The translations under genes and the position numbers were made by a program. A stretch of 45,294 nt of DNA from a virus. The DNA lies in IMG/VR virus record IMGVR_UViG_2728369221_000001, positions 1 to 45,294 of that record; one strand, written 5' to 3'. A model generated the notes under the pieces. It saw only the letters and a list, made by a program, of their open reading frames with translations, did no database searches and was not told where the DNA came from. This document shows, in pieces, positions 44,781 through 45,294 of this stretch (the first letter of the stretch is position 1; the number at the start of each line of letters is the position of its first letter).

Positions 44781-45294
44781 ATGAGTTCGACAACACAACC
44801 CAACGGCGCCGAAGAGGTGTACGAGTGCGCACACTGTGGCGGTGACCGCCGGGCGTCGACGTCGGTCGCTGGATCGTTCTGTTCGTCCAGCTGCCATCGC
44901 GCCCACAAACGAGAGCGGCGTGCCGGCGAGATCATGGAACTCCTCGAGCACGACCACCGGTTCTGCAAGACCTGCGGGCGCCAGCTGAAGACGGTCGACA
45001 AGCCCGCGACGGCGTCGGTCGTCGTCGGGCCCTCAAGCCATCAAGAGTGGGACTACGCGAAGGACGTTCTGGTCGGCTGGCAGTACCGGACTGAACACGC
45101 CGAGACGGGCGAGATTTCACTGGATGTCGACGAAGACGGAGACCGACCGATCGTCGAGCGCGGCGTTGCAACCGGCACGATCTGCGAGTGCGGCAACACC
45201 GCCCACCAGCATGCAGAGGACGCCATCCGCAACCGCGAACCGTTCACGACGGCCTATTACGTACTTCGAGCGGCACGCATCTTCCGCGCGGAAG
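44781..45294 (+). CDS. Cys-rich hypothetical protein, 205 aa, continuing across the origin to TGA at 197-199
   Basis: Manual translation MSSTTQPNGAEEVYECAHCGG...FCSSSCH...FCKTCGR...ICECGNTAHQHAEDAIR...AVILDD*; several CxxC motifs, acidic. Missed by the ORF track because it wraps. Confidence 0.85.
   Translation, partial: MSSTTQPNGAEEVYECAHCGGDRRASTSVAGSFCSSSCHRAHKRERRAGEIMELLEHDHRFCKTCGRQLKTVDKPATASVVVGPSSHQEWDYAKDVLVGWQYRTEHAETGEISLDVDEDGDRPIVERGVATGTICECGNTAHQHAEDAIRNREPFTTAYYVLRAARIFRAE
45200..45294. repeat. 95-bp terminal direct repeat (copy 2)
   Basis: Identical to 1-95. Confidence 0.95.

Noticed and set aside
1-45294. IS elements, DNA methyltransferase, polymerase, diversity-generating retroelement
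   Set aside because: No transposase, MTase, polymerase or reverse-transcriptase motifs recognised in any ORF; remote homologues could be missed without a profile search.
1-45294. Restriction-site avoidance (for example CTAG)
   Set aside because: CTAG looks uncommon but several copies exist and I could not count k-mers reliably; needs an observed/expected computation.

Overview
Apparently complete genome of a temperate haloarchaeal tailed virus (siphovirus-like, HK97-fold capsid). Bases 1-95 repeat exactly at 45200-45294, so the unit is a circle or circularly permuted molecule of about 45,199 bp. High GC, strongly acidic proteins and archaeal TATA/SD signals point to a Halobacteria host. Late module (+, ~44781 across the origin to 23443): small and membrane genes, a degenerate tRNA-like element, terS, terL, portal, minor head protein, prohead protease/scaffold, decoration protein, major capsid protein, head-tail joining genes, tail tube, tail chaperone with a -1 frameshift, tape measure, hub/tail-tip, a Tat-lipoprotein plus beta-helix cassette, and a distal tail candidate. 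Lysogeny/maintenance module (-, 23461-31617): two different tyrosine recombinases, wHTH regulators, a ParA plus partner pair with 9-bp repeat arrays, and a J-domain protein. Early module (+, 31810-44660): a divergent RHH pair, many wHTH and CxxC microproteins, a modular 544-aa protein, and an origin-like palindrome cluster before a 401-aa Rep candidate. I recognised no DNA polymerase, helicase, primase or methyltransferase. Most notable signals: (1) an Ala-Asn motif concentrated in the parts of head proteins expected to be removed, a candidate maturation-protease code; (2) a tRNA-like RNA beside an RNase-like gene and directly before the putative lysis genes; (3) a compact partition system with an 18-bp sequence shared between its promoter and its own coding region; (4) a C7 run that splits a tail gene. 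All function calls come from motif reading by eye; no database searches were run.
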